The position numbers and the translations under genes were made by a program. From the NCBI GenBank assembly GCA_013239625.1, contig MU056000.1, positions 10,925,175-10,989,174 on the forward strand: a stretch of DNA of 64,000 bases, in the 5' to 3' direction. The DNA comes from Lama guanicoe (taxonomy: Eukaryota). The notes beneath the pieces are model-generated. The model worked only from the letters and a program-made list of their open reading frames with translations. It was not told the origin of the DNA and made no database searches. Shown here piece after piece: positions 22,431-34,893 of this stretch. The first letter of the stretch is position 1; the number at the start of each line of letters is the position of its first letter.

Positions 22431-25400
22431 GAATTTGATACCAAAGTTTGATGCAGACACTGAACCTCATAGACGGGAATCTGGAACTGGTTATCTGACT
22501 GGGTTAGATTTGAAGGTAGTGATGATCTCATTGCCAATGAAAACTGGGCTGTTGGTAGTTCACAGCATACAGAGACCAAAAAAATTTGCTTAAAGTAACA
22601 TCTGAAGACACTTGTAACTGCATGACTATTGAAAGGAAGGATGTCGGAAGACCAAGTGTCTCTTCCAATACAATGTTATAGTGGAAATGATAGTTATACC
22701 GACTTTGGGATGATTTGATTACTTCTTATTGCAATGGAGAGCTTTGAGTTAGATAATGATAAGTTTATGGTTCAGAGAAGCAGAAAGCTTCAGTAACTTT
22801 CCTGAAGACATTTCTTAGCTCTTACAGTCATAGGATCAAGGTGTCCAAAAACCAGACTCAAGATTTGATCCTATGGGTCATAGAACTTAAAACAATTGAT
22901 TTCACAGTTTCATCAGGTCTCAGGGGGAAATTAGGGATTAGGCAAGAATGGAATTCTGAGAACTGGAATGGTAATTTTGTATGGATTCTAATGACTGAGT
23001 ATTTTGATCCCCTGTTATCACTGAGCCTCCCTCTCTAGAAACAGTGCCCACTCCTGAGCTGCATCCTCAATCATTCTTCTCCTTGCTTGGTGATCCTACA
23101 ATGACTTCCTCTCAAACCACTGTGCACAAAGAGATGTATTTCTCCTCACAGCCCACTCCCAATGTTTGTCCTTGTCCCTAGCCCATAATTAGAGACCAAT
23201 GGCAAGGACGTGAATACAAATTCAGACCCAACAAGAGATAGCATACTCACCAAAAGAATTATAAGATCTTCGCTAATTTGTGTTAAGGGAAATTCAGGGA
23301 ATATGTGTGAAGAATGGATTCAAAGCAATTAAGATCAGGGAATAATAAACATAACATTGAAATAGGTCAGATTTATTGATATCCTTGCACACACAAGAGT
23401 TTCTGGGTTTAATATGTGGTTCAGATAGCTGGGAATGACTCTTACAGTTTCATTGATTAGTTGTTTGAAAGCTAGACTCAGAGTTGTCCTACACTAAATG
23501 AAGCTGAGATATCAGAACTTCCTCGACATAATGAAGAGAAAGGAATCAAAAGGCTTGAGACAGGGATGCTGGAATAAAATTTTCATGCGCAATCGATTCA
23601 TTAGCTCCCCTACCATGTGCCCCATGAGGATCCGGATAATAATTGTCTCCTCAAGACTGTGAAAAAAATGTATGAATGAGAAGAACAAAACATCTTTGAG
23701 GCTTTTTAGTGACTGCTCTCTACAAGTCAGGGATGGTAGTGGGAGATACTACCAAGGAGATGGTGCCATACTTAAAAAAGAATAAGGACATCCCAGGTAG
23801 CAGAAGCTACTGGCTACACTCAAACATTAGAACCGAAATGGGCTGCAAAGTTGGGGTGGTAACTAGAATGATTTGATTTGCAAAATTTTTGGCAGTAGCT
23901 AATTGATGATGATGACTGTGAGGCTGATAAAAAAAGGGAAATCTGCTAAAGTATTACTTAAAATATGCAATCCAACGAAGGCTAAGTCTTGATTCAACAC
24001 AATAGAAAGTGGTGACTTACCCCCTACCTCCACTCTATTCTCAAACCTGAATCAATTCAAGGACCAGGAGTATCTTGATTAAAGGAAAGCCATGTTCTCT
24101 AGAGAGAAGACCCTGCGATACTGCCACAGACATTTGTGGTAAATCTGCATTCTAGCCTTCTTCATAAGACATTTGACTTTTTAACATAGTGATTGTGCAC
24201 TGGAAAAAATGGAGTTATCTGGACATTTGGAGATTTATTGAACAGCTGCCCTGAGATGAAATGGGAAACTGAAATTCAACTCGTTCCACCAATCAGAGAG
24301 GGGACTTATGGAGGTCCCAGCAGAACTGCAAAACCACAAAGGTCATTTTTCCTGTTCCTGAATATATACTTGATTTAGACACAGTTAGCAACTGACAGAA
24401 TTCCCTCATGGAAACAGTGGAGGAAGGTGACAATTGGAAGCGTTACAACCACTGTCAAAAATTGGGCAAAAGTCAACAACACACCCCTGGGAAGATGGCA
24501 GAGATTAATATCACCATCAAAACACTGAAGGATGCTGGGGAGTTTAGTCTTACTACTTCCCTCATTTTATTTCCCTAACTAGCCTGTGGAAAAGATAGAT
24601 CTTGGACAATAAAAGGATTACTATAAATGGAAGCTGATATTCATTCTAATCATAGCAACTTCTGGAACCTGATATTCAGCTACTGATCTAGAAAATGTCT
24701 TTTCATGTATACTAACTCATAAAAGAAAATTAGAGGCAATTTGCTTTCACCTTATAGGAACAGTAGTAAATTTTAACTGATCTGTTTCAGAGTTATGTCA
24801 ATTTTCTGGTTATCTGTCATAATCCAATGCACATAATCATTGTGTCACGGTCCCATGAAACATTAAGGTTGTCCACTGTTGATGATAAAATCTGATGAGC
24901 AGGATGTAGACAATACCCTCGATGCCTTGCTGAGACACATATATGACAGATGGTGAGGCGTAACTCCATTAAAATTCAGTGACCTGCCACCTCATTGAGT
25001 TTTTTAGTGGCATAGTGGTCTGGTCTGGTCTGGTTGAGATGTCACATTTAATGTGAAAGACAAGTTGCTGAACCTTTTGCTCCGTATCCTTAAGAAAGAA
25101 ATAAAATGCTTGCGAGTCACTTTGGATTTTGGAGGCAATCTATACTATATTTGATGGCTCTTCTCTGATGCATTTACTAAGCACTCCTTAAGGATGCCAG
25201 CTTGTATGGCCACTCTGCCTGCTGCAGCTTAGGACCCATAGATCCAGTGGAGCTTGAGTATGATGTGAAAAGGAAAGCAATATGGAGTGACTGGCATACT
25301 CCCATGAGAGATTCACTGTGAAGACCTCTAGGATTTTAGAGCAAAATCATACCCTCTTTTGCACAGAACTTTCTCTCTTTCAGAAACAACTCTTGTTTTG

Positions 25401-27556
25401 TTACTGATGCCTTGTAGGGATTAAGTGCCTGATCACAGGAGCACTTCATCATCACATGACTATGAAATGCTATATCTTGATATATCACCAAACGCACAGA
25501 ATGATGGCCAGTAGGGAAGCACTCTTCTTCAACTGGGAGTGACATACATTTAAGAACAGCCCTAAGTAGGTTCTATAGGCTAAAAGATTTAATGTGCTGA
25601 TAACTCAGATACTCATGAAACCATCCCTAATGTGTTGCTGCCTCTTCCTCAAATCACACTGCATCCTCATGGGGAGTCTTCTCTAAGCAGTTGACTGAGG
25701 AATACTATCATTGCTCTTGGTTTAAGTTGGTTCCACAAGACATGTAGGCACTGGTCAGATTTGGACTGTTGCAGCTTCATAGCTCCCTCAGGGGATGCCC
25801 TGAAGAGCAGAAGGGAAGAGAAGTATTCTAATGGAAAGAACTCTAAGCATCTTACTTTTCATTGTGCCCAAGAGAAGAGTGGCCAGAGATAAAGATCTAT
25901 ACTAATTCACAGGTAATATCTAATAACTTGGCCAGTTGGTCAAGGCTTTAGAATAAATTATTCTAGAGGATAGGTGACAACGAGGTATAAGAATGGAGCT
26001 CTCAGAATGCACAGAAACTATGAAAATATTTGTTTTCCATGAGAATGCTGATCAAAAATTACTCACTGTGGGTACCAGTTAGGATCTTTGCTCAGCCACC
26101 TCAGTGCTTGCTCTGTGGGCTCATGAGCTAAACATTCATGGCAATAAGACTGAGATTATGACTGGGATCAAAAACATGGGCTTCCTCTATCCAGGGAAGA
26201 TCTGGCCATGATCGTTACTGAGTATCCACTCTGCCTACAGCGGAGATCAACACTGAACCTCTGACATTGTACCATTTTCCAGAACAGCTCCCGTTTGATA
26301 CCAGGTTGATTACATTGGAACTCTTTTATCATGGAGTAGGTAGCGATGTGTCCTCACTGGAATAGATATTGCCTCTTGCTATTGGTTAGTCTCCTTGCTC
26401 TCAGTGCATCTGCTTATACTATTGTCTAGAAATTTAATGATGTTTTATTCACTATCATAATGATAATGAATTCATGACCCAGGACCAAGGGATTAATTTC
26501 ACAATAATAGAAGCCAGCTAGGAAAATTGAATAGCCTGTGGAAGACTCAGTTTTATGCTTCTTGGGAGACAGTACCTTGCAGAAGTTAAACCAAATGCCT
26601 GTACCTGTGAACATGGTATGCTTCTCTTTCTCCTTTAGTAGGAAACCACTGGTCTGAGAAACAGGGAGTGGGAATGGGCGTGATTCTTCTCAATCTTTTC
26701 ATTTAATAAACTTCCATCAAAAGTTATGCCTCTTGTCCCCATAACTCGGGCTCTGTAGATTCTGAGATATTTATTCCCAAGGAAGGAGAGTTTCAACCAA
26801 GGAGCATATTCAACTTGAAGTTCAGATCGCAACCTCGCCATGTTGGACTTCCAATGTCATTGACATAACAACAAAAAAAGGGAAATACTGTACTGACTGG
26901 GATGACTAATCCTGATTATCAAGGGGAAATAGAACTGATGCTATAAAAGGGGATGGAAAAATGTGCACAAAATGCAGGGGACTATCCAAGTGTGCTTTTT
27001 AATACTTCCAATATTGTTCATGGAAAATCACAGCTACCCAACTAATGGCTTAGATCACTGAGGAATGACATTTAAGATTATTCTGCCTCACAAAAGCCCA
27101 CGTCCACCTCAATACTGACTAATGACGAAGTGAATATGAAACAGGTAATAGAAAAAGTAGGTTCTAAACCAGTTATAGCCATATGATCAGTCACACAAAG
27201 GACCATAGTAACTGTTCCTGTGTTCTTTCTTGCTATACTACATATATATTATATTAGCCAAATTAGTTTTCTCCTTCGTCTTCTCCTACTAGCTTATATA
27301 AGGTACGTTGGTGCTGATTACACGTCTAGCTCAGTCTGCAGATTATAAGATATGAAATAGGGATTGAGACTGAGCTAAAAAAGAATGAATATCTAGAGAT
27401 GGATACAATGACATTTGGATTTTCATGCCTTGCCTTTTGAAGGAGAGAGTTGATACATCTTTAGACTGAGGGATAGTTGCAACAAGTCAGTCAAAAGCAA
27501 AATACTGTTGCTCTTTGGAAATTTAAACATAGATATATGGAGAGCCAACTAGATAC
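22431..27556 (+). mobile_element. ERVL internal region (ERVL-E-like); decayed gag, pro, RT/RNase H, integrase, dUTPase
   Basis: gag-like remnant ~23290-23385; RT SWRMTVDY-like ~24597; integrase QVDYIGTLLSWSR*RCVLTGID from 26302; dUTPase VLTGMTNPDYQGEIELML at 26890-26943; many stops and frameshifts. Confidence 0.88.
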
Positions 27557-27992
27557 TGCGTTTTGGTATGTAGTATGATCCCTGTTTTTTTAAACTGTGT
27601 CTTGTAACACAGGGATTGACAGTTTGGAAGCTACATTAATCAGATTTACTGGCCAATAGGGATTTGGTTTAAATGCTGCCAGTGGAGGGCATTTGTGTGA
27701 GATTTGGAAGAGGAAGATACAGAGAAGCCCTTATTCTCCAGAAGCAGCTGGGCATCTACAGATGGCAGATGTGGGGTTTTGCCCATGGCTTTCAGGTGTC
27801 CTTCTGCCACGTTGTAAGTGACATCCGTCATCGGTGGAAGTTTATTTGGATTCTTCTACTTTCTGATTATTTGGTGCTATTTTTAGCTTCCTTGACCTAG
27901 CAACAATTGTGTAAGGCTGTAAGTCCCTGTGTTATACCCCATCCTGCTTAAAATAATGGTTTCTATTTTTCTGATAAAATCCTGACCAATAC
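27557..27992 (+). mobile_element. 3' LTR of ERVL provirus (LTR33-like)
   Basis: ggaagctacatt...gtgtgagatttggaagaggaag...ggtttctatttttctgataaaatcctgaccaataca. Confidence 0.65.
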
Positions 27993-29089
27993 ATATAATG
28001 TATCTTTATTCCTATATTTGACCATTGGCTACTATGAAGAATTTATAAGACTGTGTGATGCTAACATTGAAAATATATTTCCAGAAAATATTTCAAAATG
28101 TATGCCTAAGTAAGTGTTGATCTGCAGCACTGTCTTAACAATAAAAGATAGCCCATAAATGGCATATTTACATATACTGCATATTGTAAACTATAGCTCA
28201 TGTGGTTCAGCTGTAATTGAAACAAAATGGGTTTGATTGGTCTGCCTGTATATTTAGCCAAATTGTATTTTTTATGTTGGTGTCCCAAAATGTTACCCTG
28301 CTAATGTTTCTGCCAGTTTAACGTACTGTGAGTTTGCCAACATAAATGGGAAAGAAGAACAGGTTTCGTTGTGTGAAAATCATCACAGATCCAACCATAT
28401 GTCTTTTGGAAACATTATTATTTTAAATTTATTTTGATCTTACTTGAACTGCACATTCTTCTGTATCACAAAAGGGAAAGGAAATGAAAGTGATAGTTGC
28501 TTTCAGCAGGGAAGACTGCATTTCTTTTCTTTTTTTTTTTTTTAGTGAGACAAGCTAACTCTCCTCCATGTCTTTCAGTCAAACTGCCTGGAAGAACTTT
28601 GTGTTTCTAATGGTTTGTCAGTGTTTTTTTGAACGACACTATGCAGATTTAAAAGAAAGGAAAAAATATTTCCAGGATAGAAACCAAGTATCTCAAAATG
28701 GAGTAGATTTATTATGGAAACTTGTTCATAATAGTGTTTTAAAGAACATAGTCATTAAAAAAATAAGCTGCCAAGTAATTTACAATCAACACAGTCTATT
28801 TCAAGACAAAGTTTTCCAAAACGGATATATGTTTTAAAAAAAGAAGAAGAAAAGAAATATTGAAGATGCTCAGAAGACTTTGGAGACTAAAGACCAAGCT
28901 CCTTGGCATAGCCCACACTTCCAGGCCATCACTCCCCTCCCCTGATGCTCCAGCACCCTGGGGACCGGCACACACCACAGTGCTCCATGCGGGACCATTT
29001 GCTGCTCTTGGACATACCAACACTTTCAGCTCCTGCTTGAGCAACCCTTGGATCGGAATCCCTTTTGCCATCTGTAAATGTCTTTAGTG

Positions 29090-29240
29090 CTTTATATGTG
29101 TCTTTTCAACTGGACTGAGTTCAGTAAGTGTCTTAGGGAGTATTTGATTCATTTATGTATTAACAATGCTTAGCAAATATAGCTTAGTAGTTACCAACAA
29201 ATGGTTGATGAATAAATGAGATCAGTGAATGGATGAAGAA
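29090..29240 (+). mobile_element. L2 3' end
   Basis: caatgcttagca...aaatggttgatgaataaatgag. Confidence 0.55.
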
Positions 29241-29259
29241 GTCATAGGATTTTCGATTT

Positions 29260-29405
29260 AGATGGAATATTAGGGGTACTACTGTCCAAATTCCATGTTC
29301 TACAAAGGAAAATGAGGCCGAGTGGAGCTTCGGTTTGGTCAGACTCACACAGTAGGGCAGTCGTTCTGATCCTGGAGCACAGTTATCTCTGCTCTCCGTT
29401 CAGAG
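29260..29405. mobile_element. MIR fragment
   Basis: tacaaaggaaaatgaggcc...cagactcacacag. Confidence 0.5.
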
Positions 29406-29689
29406 TGTCAATTATGTCACTCATGATTATTTGCTCTACCATTTCATTCCGGGCTAATTTGGAACTTTGCTTGGAGGGATTGTAGTTCATTTTCTGAATA
29501 TTTGCTCTGTGATACTCCTAACATCCTTGGGGACATCATTTCCACTTTAAAAATAATTGAAGAGAAATATCTGTAACTTCAGACATTCAAGTAGCTACAG
29601 TAGACCCCTGGTTTTTCAGCTTCTTCTTTGTATGTTTAGTATTTCAACACTTTATAAAACAGTAGTATCATTGTGGTGGTTACATCATT

Positions 29690-30608
29690 CTTCTGCTATG
29701 GGTATAGGTATTCTATATCTATATATGACTTTTCATTATTAAGTTGTAGAAGTTCTTATACATTCTGGATACATAAGTCCTTTGTCAGAGAGATAGATGA
29801 AATCTATAAAATAGATGATATATAAAAATTTCACCCAGAACGTGCGAATGGCTTTCATTATCTCGCTAGTATTTCTTGAAGAGTAGAAATATTAAATTTT
29901 GAAGTCTAATTTATCTATTTTTAAACATTTTATGTTACTGCTTTTTCTGTCTGTAAGAACTCATTGCCCACCCACCAAATCATGAAGATACTCTTTAATG
30001 GTTTTTTCTTTTGAGAAGTTTTGTAGATTTTGCTTTGAAGTTTAGACCTAGTTTCAACTTAAATTAATTTTTTGAATGGTGTGAGGTAGGACTTGACCTT
30101 AATTGTTTTTTCATTAACTCATACAATTGTTGCAATGTTATTTGTTGAAAAGATTTTCTTTCCCCATTTATTAGATTTGACATTATTTTTGAAAGTCAGT
30201 TCATTATACATATATAGGTAGGTCTGTTTTTAGACTCTACTTTGTCTCATTGATTTATTTTTCTATTCTGTTGCCAAACTCACTCAGTCTTGATTACTAT
30301 AGCTTCATAGTAAGTCTTTAACTAAAGTGGGCATAAGTCCTGCAATTGTGTTCTTCTCTTTCAAGATAGTTTTTTCCTATTCTTGGTCTTTTTCATTTCC
30401 ATATACATTTTAGAATCTGCTTGACAAATTATACCATGCAATTCATTGAATCTATGGATCAATTTCAGGGCAAGCAATGTGAACAATACTATTTTCCAAT
30501 CTATGAACATGATTTTGTCTTCAGTTATTTAAGTCTTCATTTCTCCAGCAATGTCTTGTTATTTTCAGGAAAGAGAGTATGCATCTTTTCTCCAAATTTA
30601 TTTCTAAA
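29690..30608 (-). mobile_element. Old L1M ORF2 fragment (left part of host L1)
   Basis: ttcttatacattctggatacataagtcctttgtcaga...cttgattactatagcttcatagtaagtc...tttccatatacattttagaatc. Confidence 0.85.
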
Positions 30609-30610
30609 TA

Positions 30611-30743
30611 CAGGCAAACCTTTGGAGATACTGCAGGTTTGGTTACAATCACAAGACAGTGAACATTGCAGTAAAGCTAGCCACACAAATTTTTTGGTTT
30701 CCCAGAGCCTATAATGATTGTGTTTACACTATCCTGCAATAGT
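30611..30743 (-). mobile_element. Tigger1 (TcMar) terminal fragment
   Basis: TA then caggcaaacctttggagatactgcaggtttggtt...cacacaaattttttggtttcccag matches the recalled Tigger1 end. Confidence 0.8.
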
Positions 30744-30774
30744 GATATTCCTGTGTTGTATTTTGTGTTACATT

Positions 30775-32400
30775 TTGTGGTTGAGAAGGCAAAATGTTAC
30801 TATTTTATTTCAAGATATCTAAGTCCCACTTGCATTCAAATAAATTATAGAAAAAAGTTTATTTATTGGACAGTGTTTAAACCTTGGAATGTAATTACAC
30901 ATTGATGTAACAATTACAAAATGGTAGGAACTACCAATATAAAATGGTAGTTATTGATCCATGCTAGCTTGTCAAAGAATGAACATTACTGCTAAAAATG
31001 ATTCATATACAGTAATATTTTGAGATGCCTTCTCACTCCCCAGTTGAATTTAGCTTTCCAAATTAACCATCTGATGTTGAACTCTTAAGTATCCTTAATT
31101 GTGAAGTGTACACTGCTTAACAGGCCACGGCACATAGAGATGTCAAACAGTACTGGTGGTGACAACAGAGGCTGCTGTTTAGTGCATAAGCCTACAGTTC
31201 ACATTTTGACTTCTATCTAAGTGGAGTAACTAAGGACAGCTATGAAATCTGCAGAGGACACTAGAGGAGACCAACAGAACAAAGAGACAGTGTGAGGCTA
31301 ACCACCGTGAGCTGATAAGAATCTTTGCATTTCAGCAAGGGTGGGCAAGCTAAAAAATCACTTATTACTTCCCTTATTTACTCAAAACAACAATATATTT
31401 CTATTCCCCAAACCTGCCAATGGTCGCATTTCGTTGCAGCTATCAAAATGTAGGGCATCAGTCCTAATAACAAGCATCACATTTTCAGAAGAAATATACA
31501 CATTATATTCAGAATACATATCAGTATATACTGATGGTCTTCTCTTCACCTTTCATGCTCCAGAATGTGTAAGGTGATTATATCTCTGGTATTTCCTCTT
31601 TTACATCAGGTATGGGCTATTTGAAAACTATTTCATCATCATCACCTATTTTAGCCAGTTGGTAATTTTCACTCCTCCAAATGTGTTGATGTACAAACTG
31701 TTGTGTGGCCCTGGCTATCCATAATCATCTTCAGAGGGTCAGAGTACCTTAAACCTTTTTCCCTTCTTTGATAAAACCTGGCAATTCAGAGTTCTGATGA
31801 CCAGAGCTTGAGATATATTTTTTCTTTTTCCATAAGACCAGTGAAGGAAGATTGCAGTCTATTCCTAATTTAGCTCTTTTCTTCCTATTTTTTCTTTGTT
31901 TTAAAGTTCCTTCTCCATTTTGAGCTTTTGTTTAAGTACTCACTTCTACCATCCCACTGGTAGCATATGATGTCTTTGAAAATAGAACATTCTCGTCTTT
32001 AAAAGTTTTTTGGGTGCATTTTCAGATGGCATAAACTGACACTTCACGATTCTTTGTCAAACAGGCAGTTGCTCATTGTTCCAGTCACTATCTTGGCAAC
32101 ATCTTCACACTCAAACTCAGAGAAAGCACAGCCTTTGTAACTTCCAGTCTTTTCTACTTCTGAGCTTCCTGTTTTAATGATGTCAGACTGGGAGCTGGGG
32201 TTCGAAGAGCCCTCCAAGCGTATGTCCCACAGAGATGACTCCAGGAGTAAGTTTTCTTTTGCTGAATGCGCACTGGTGGATAACCCACCTGCTTCTTAAA
32301 CTTCACCTGCTATTGCAGTTAAGGGACAGAAGCATCTTGCTGTACCTACAGAAACCCACTTGTGGATCCTATGCACTCCACCTCGTTCTCCTGGAAAATC
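30775..32400 (-). pseudogene. NIFK: Processed pseudogene of NIFK (nucleolar protein interacting with the FHA domain of MKI67)
   Basis: Minus-strand translations LLSLN, KLTPGVISVGH, KTGSYKGCAFSEFECEDVAKIV (RRM RNP1), MDSQGHTTVCTSTHLE and DDDEIVFK*PI match NIFK in order with no introns. CDS remnant ~32345-31530; 3' UTR with AATAAA near 30865 and 30808; stops and frameshifts present. Confidence 0.93.
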
Positions 32401-32865
32401 TTTCTGGTGCTCTTTTAAATAGCATTTAAAAGTTGCTTTTCTAATTATTTTTAGCTAGTATACAGAAACACAATTAGCAGTTGTATCCCATCATCTTCTA
32501 TCCTATCACCTTGCTAAATTTTATTTCTAGTACTTAAAATTTTAGACTCATTAGGATTTTCACGTAAACCAGCAGGTCATCTGTGAATAAAAATGGTTTT
32601 AATTTTTCTTTTCCCATTTGTATCATCTTTTTGTTGTTGTTGTTATACTGCAGTGGCTTTGTTCCTAAAATTAGGGGAAACAAGTTCTATATTTTAGCCT
32701 TAATTATGATGTGCATTACAGGTTTTTGTAGATCTCCTTATCAGGTTGTGGAAATTTCCTTCTAGTCCTACATTGCTAAGAGTTTTCTTATGAATGTTTG
32801 TTGCATTTTGTCATTTTTTTTCCCTATTGAGATAATTGCATGCTTTTTTACTTTTTATGTTTATG
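32401..32865 (-). mobile_element. Old L1M ORF2 fragment (continuation of host L1)
   Basis: gctagtatacagaaacacaatt...accttgctaaattt...gtcatctgtgaataaaaatggttt continues the 29690-30608 element. Confidence 0.8.
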
Positions 32866-32949
32866 TGCAAACAGGTAAAATTATCTATGTAGAAGGCTTG
32901 TGCTTCATATAAAAATTCCTGCAGAATCTACTAAAAGCTATTAAAACTA

Positions 32950-34545
32950 ATATTTGTTAATGACTGACTGGACTATTGTAGTGAATTCTGTTTGCTCTGC
33001 TGTGGAAGCTTCTGATGTTGCTGTTCAAAAAATGCAGCCTTAGGGCACGCACAGTTACCCTGGGATGACAATAGTTTTAGCGAGTCTCTCTTTGACTTTC
33101 TCTTTTCTGATTGTTTCCAGCTGCTAAGCTCTACTAAATTCCAGATGATCGTCCTTTTGTTTTCAGCCATGCCTGCATAAATACATTGCTCCACAGACTG
33201 GTCCAATTAGATTTGGACTCCTTTGAGGGAGTGGTTTCTGAAGTTAATGCTTGAGGCTTGTTCTGACCCTAAAGGAGCTCTTCTTCACTGTCTCTTTCCC
33301 TGCTTCTCGCTGGTAAACTATCTGGTCTACAATTTAGCATGTACCTTCCATGAAGCTACCAGACTGCATTTAGTTGGTTAGCATCAAAACCACCATTGCC
33401 TTGGAGAGCATTTTTAGGCTTGAAATTTCTCACACTCTGTTCGAAAAATCTTAGTTCATTTGGGGAAATTTTTGAAGCTTTCTGCTTTATGTTTATTATT
33501 TCTTTGGGGCAAAATTTCTGAGCCATGGCTCTGGATCTTGGGGGCAGGAACAGTTGCTCACTTCACAATTTTTAGGCATCATTCTACTCTAGTCTACAAT
33601 TTCCGCTTGTTCTTATTTATACTTACCATTCCTCTCATAGTATTTCCTTTTATGTTCCTTCATTATGTTAATATTTTCTTTTAAATTCTTGAACAGCATT
33701 ACAATAGGAGTTTTAACAACCTGTCTGCTAACTCCAATAGCTTGGCCATTTCAGGATCTTTCTCTGTTGCCTGTCTTTTTAATTTTCTTAGTTGTTGGTC
33801 AGTTTTTCTGATTTTCATTTGCACGCCTGATTCTTTCTTTTTTCTGTGTATGGAACATTGTGGATATTTTGTTATAGGGTGTCTGGGAGAAGGAGTGCAG
33901 TTGTCTTCCTTTAAGGAGGGTTGAGTTTTGTTTGGACAGCAATTAAATTACTGGAACATCCTCTTGATCTTATCAGGACTGAATTATGCTTTGTTAAAGC
34001 AGACCAATGTTGGATTTGTCGTTTGTCCTAGGGCTTGTTCCCTTATCTAGGGTATACTCCTCATTCTCAAAACATCACTTTTCTCGAGTCTACACTTAAT
34101 GTATAAGTTGTTCAGTCATGTCTTTCCATTCTGGGAGAACTGGAATTTCCATATCTTTGAGCTGTGTGATCTCTGTATCTCTGTGCAGCTCTCATTTCGG
34201 GAGCCACACTCTGCCACACATTCCTCTAGGCTTGCCTGGCACATGCGCAGCTCAGTCCCAGCAAAAAGCTCAAGAGAAACTACTGTGCAGATTTCAGGGC
34301 TCTTCTCTGTGCACTTCCTATTCCCAAGTATCCTGATACACAAACTTTTATCTGAGCCAGGAATTCTTACCTTCATCTTCTGAGGTTGTAGTGAGGAAAC
34401 CGATTGCAGTCTGAATGTAAAGCAAATGTGGGATTAACTTCGCATACTTTCCTCAAAGATCACTGTGCTTTGATGCCAGTTACCTAGCACAGGAAATGGC
34501 TTTGTAGTATATTTCAACCAGTGTTACAGTTATATATGTTGGGAG
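32950..34545 (-). mobile_element. Old L1M 5'/ORF1-type fragments (L1M 5' end or HAL1-like)
   Basis: Degenerate pyrimidine-rich segments resembling recalled L1M 5'-end and HAL1 consensus. Confidence 0.45.
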
Positions 34546-34549
34546 GGCA

Positions 34550-34893
34550 TCTTAGTTCATTTGGGTTGATACAACAAAATACCGTTGTTTTGTGATGATG
34601 GCTTATAAACAACAGAAATTTATTTCTCAGAGTTCTGAAGGCTGAGTCCAAGATCGAGGTGCTAGCAGGTTTGGAGTCTGGTGAGGACCCACTTCCTGGT
34701 TTACAGGCAGTCATCTTTTCACTGTGTCCTCACATGGCAGAAGGTGGCGAGGGATCTCTCTGGGGTCTCTTTCATAAGGGCATTGATCCCATGACTTAAT
34801 CACCTCCCAAATGTCCTACCTCCTAACACCATCACATCGGGGTTAGGTTTTAATGTATGAATGTTGAAGGGGCACAAAAGTCCAGTTCATAGC
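34550..34893 (-). mobile_element. MaLR solo LTR (MLT1A-like)
   Basis: ggcttataaacaacagaaatttatttctcagagttctgaaggctgagtccaagatcgagg...tgtgtcctcacatggcagaagg. Confidence 0.85.

Noticed and set aside
22431..27556. Domesticated ERVL gag or pol gene
   Set aside because: No long ORF; stop codons fall inside conserved motifs such as the integrase core.
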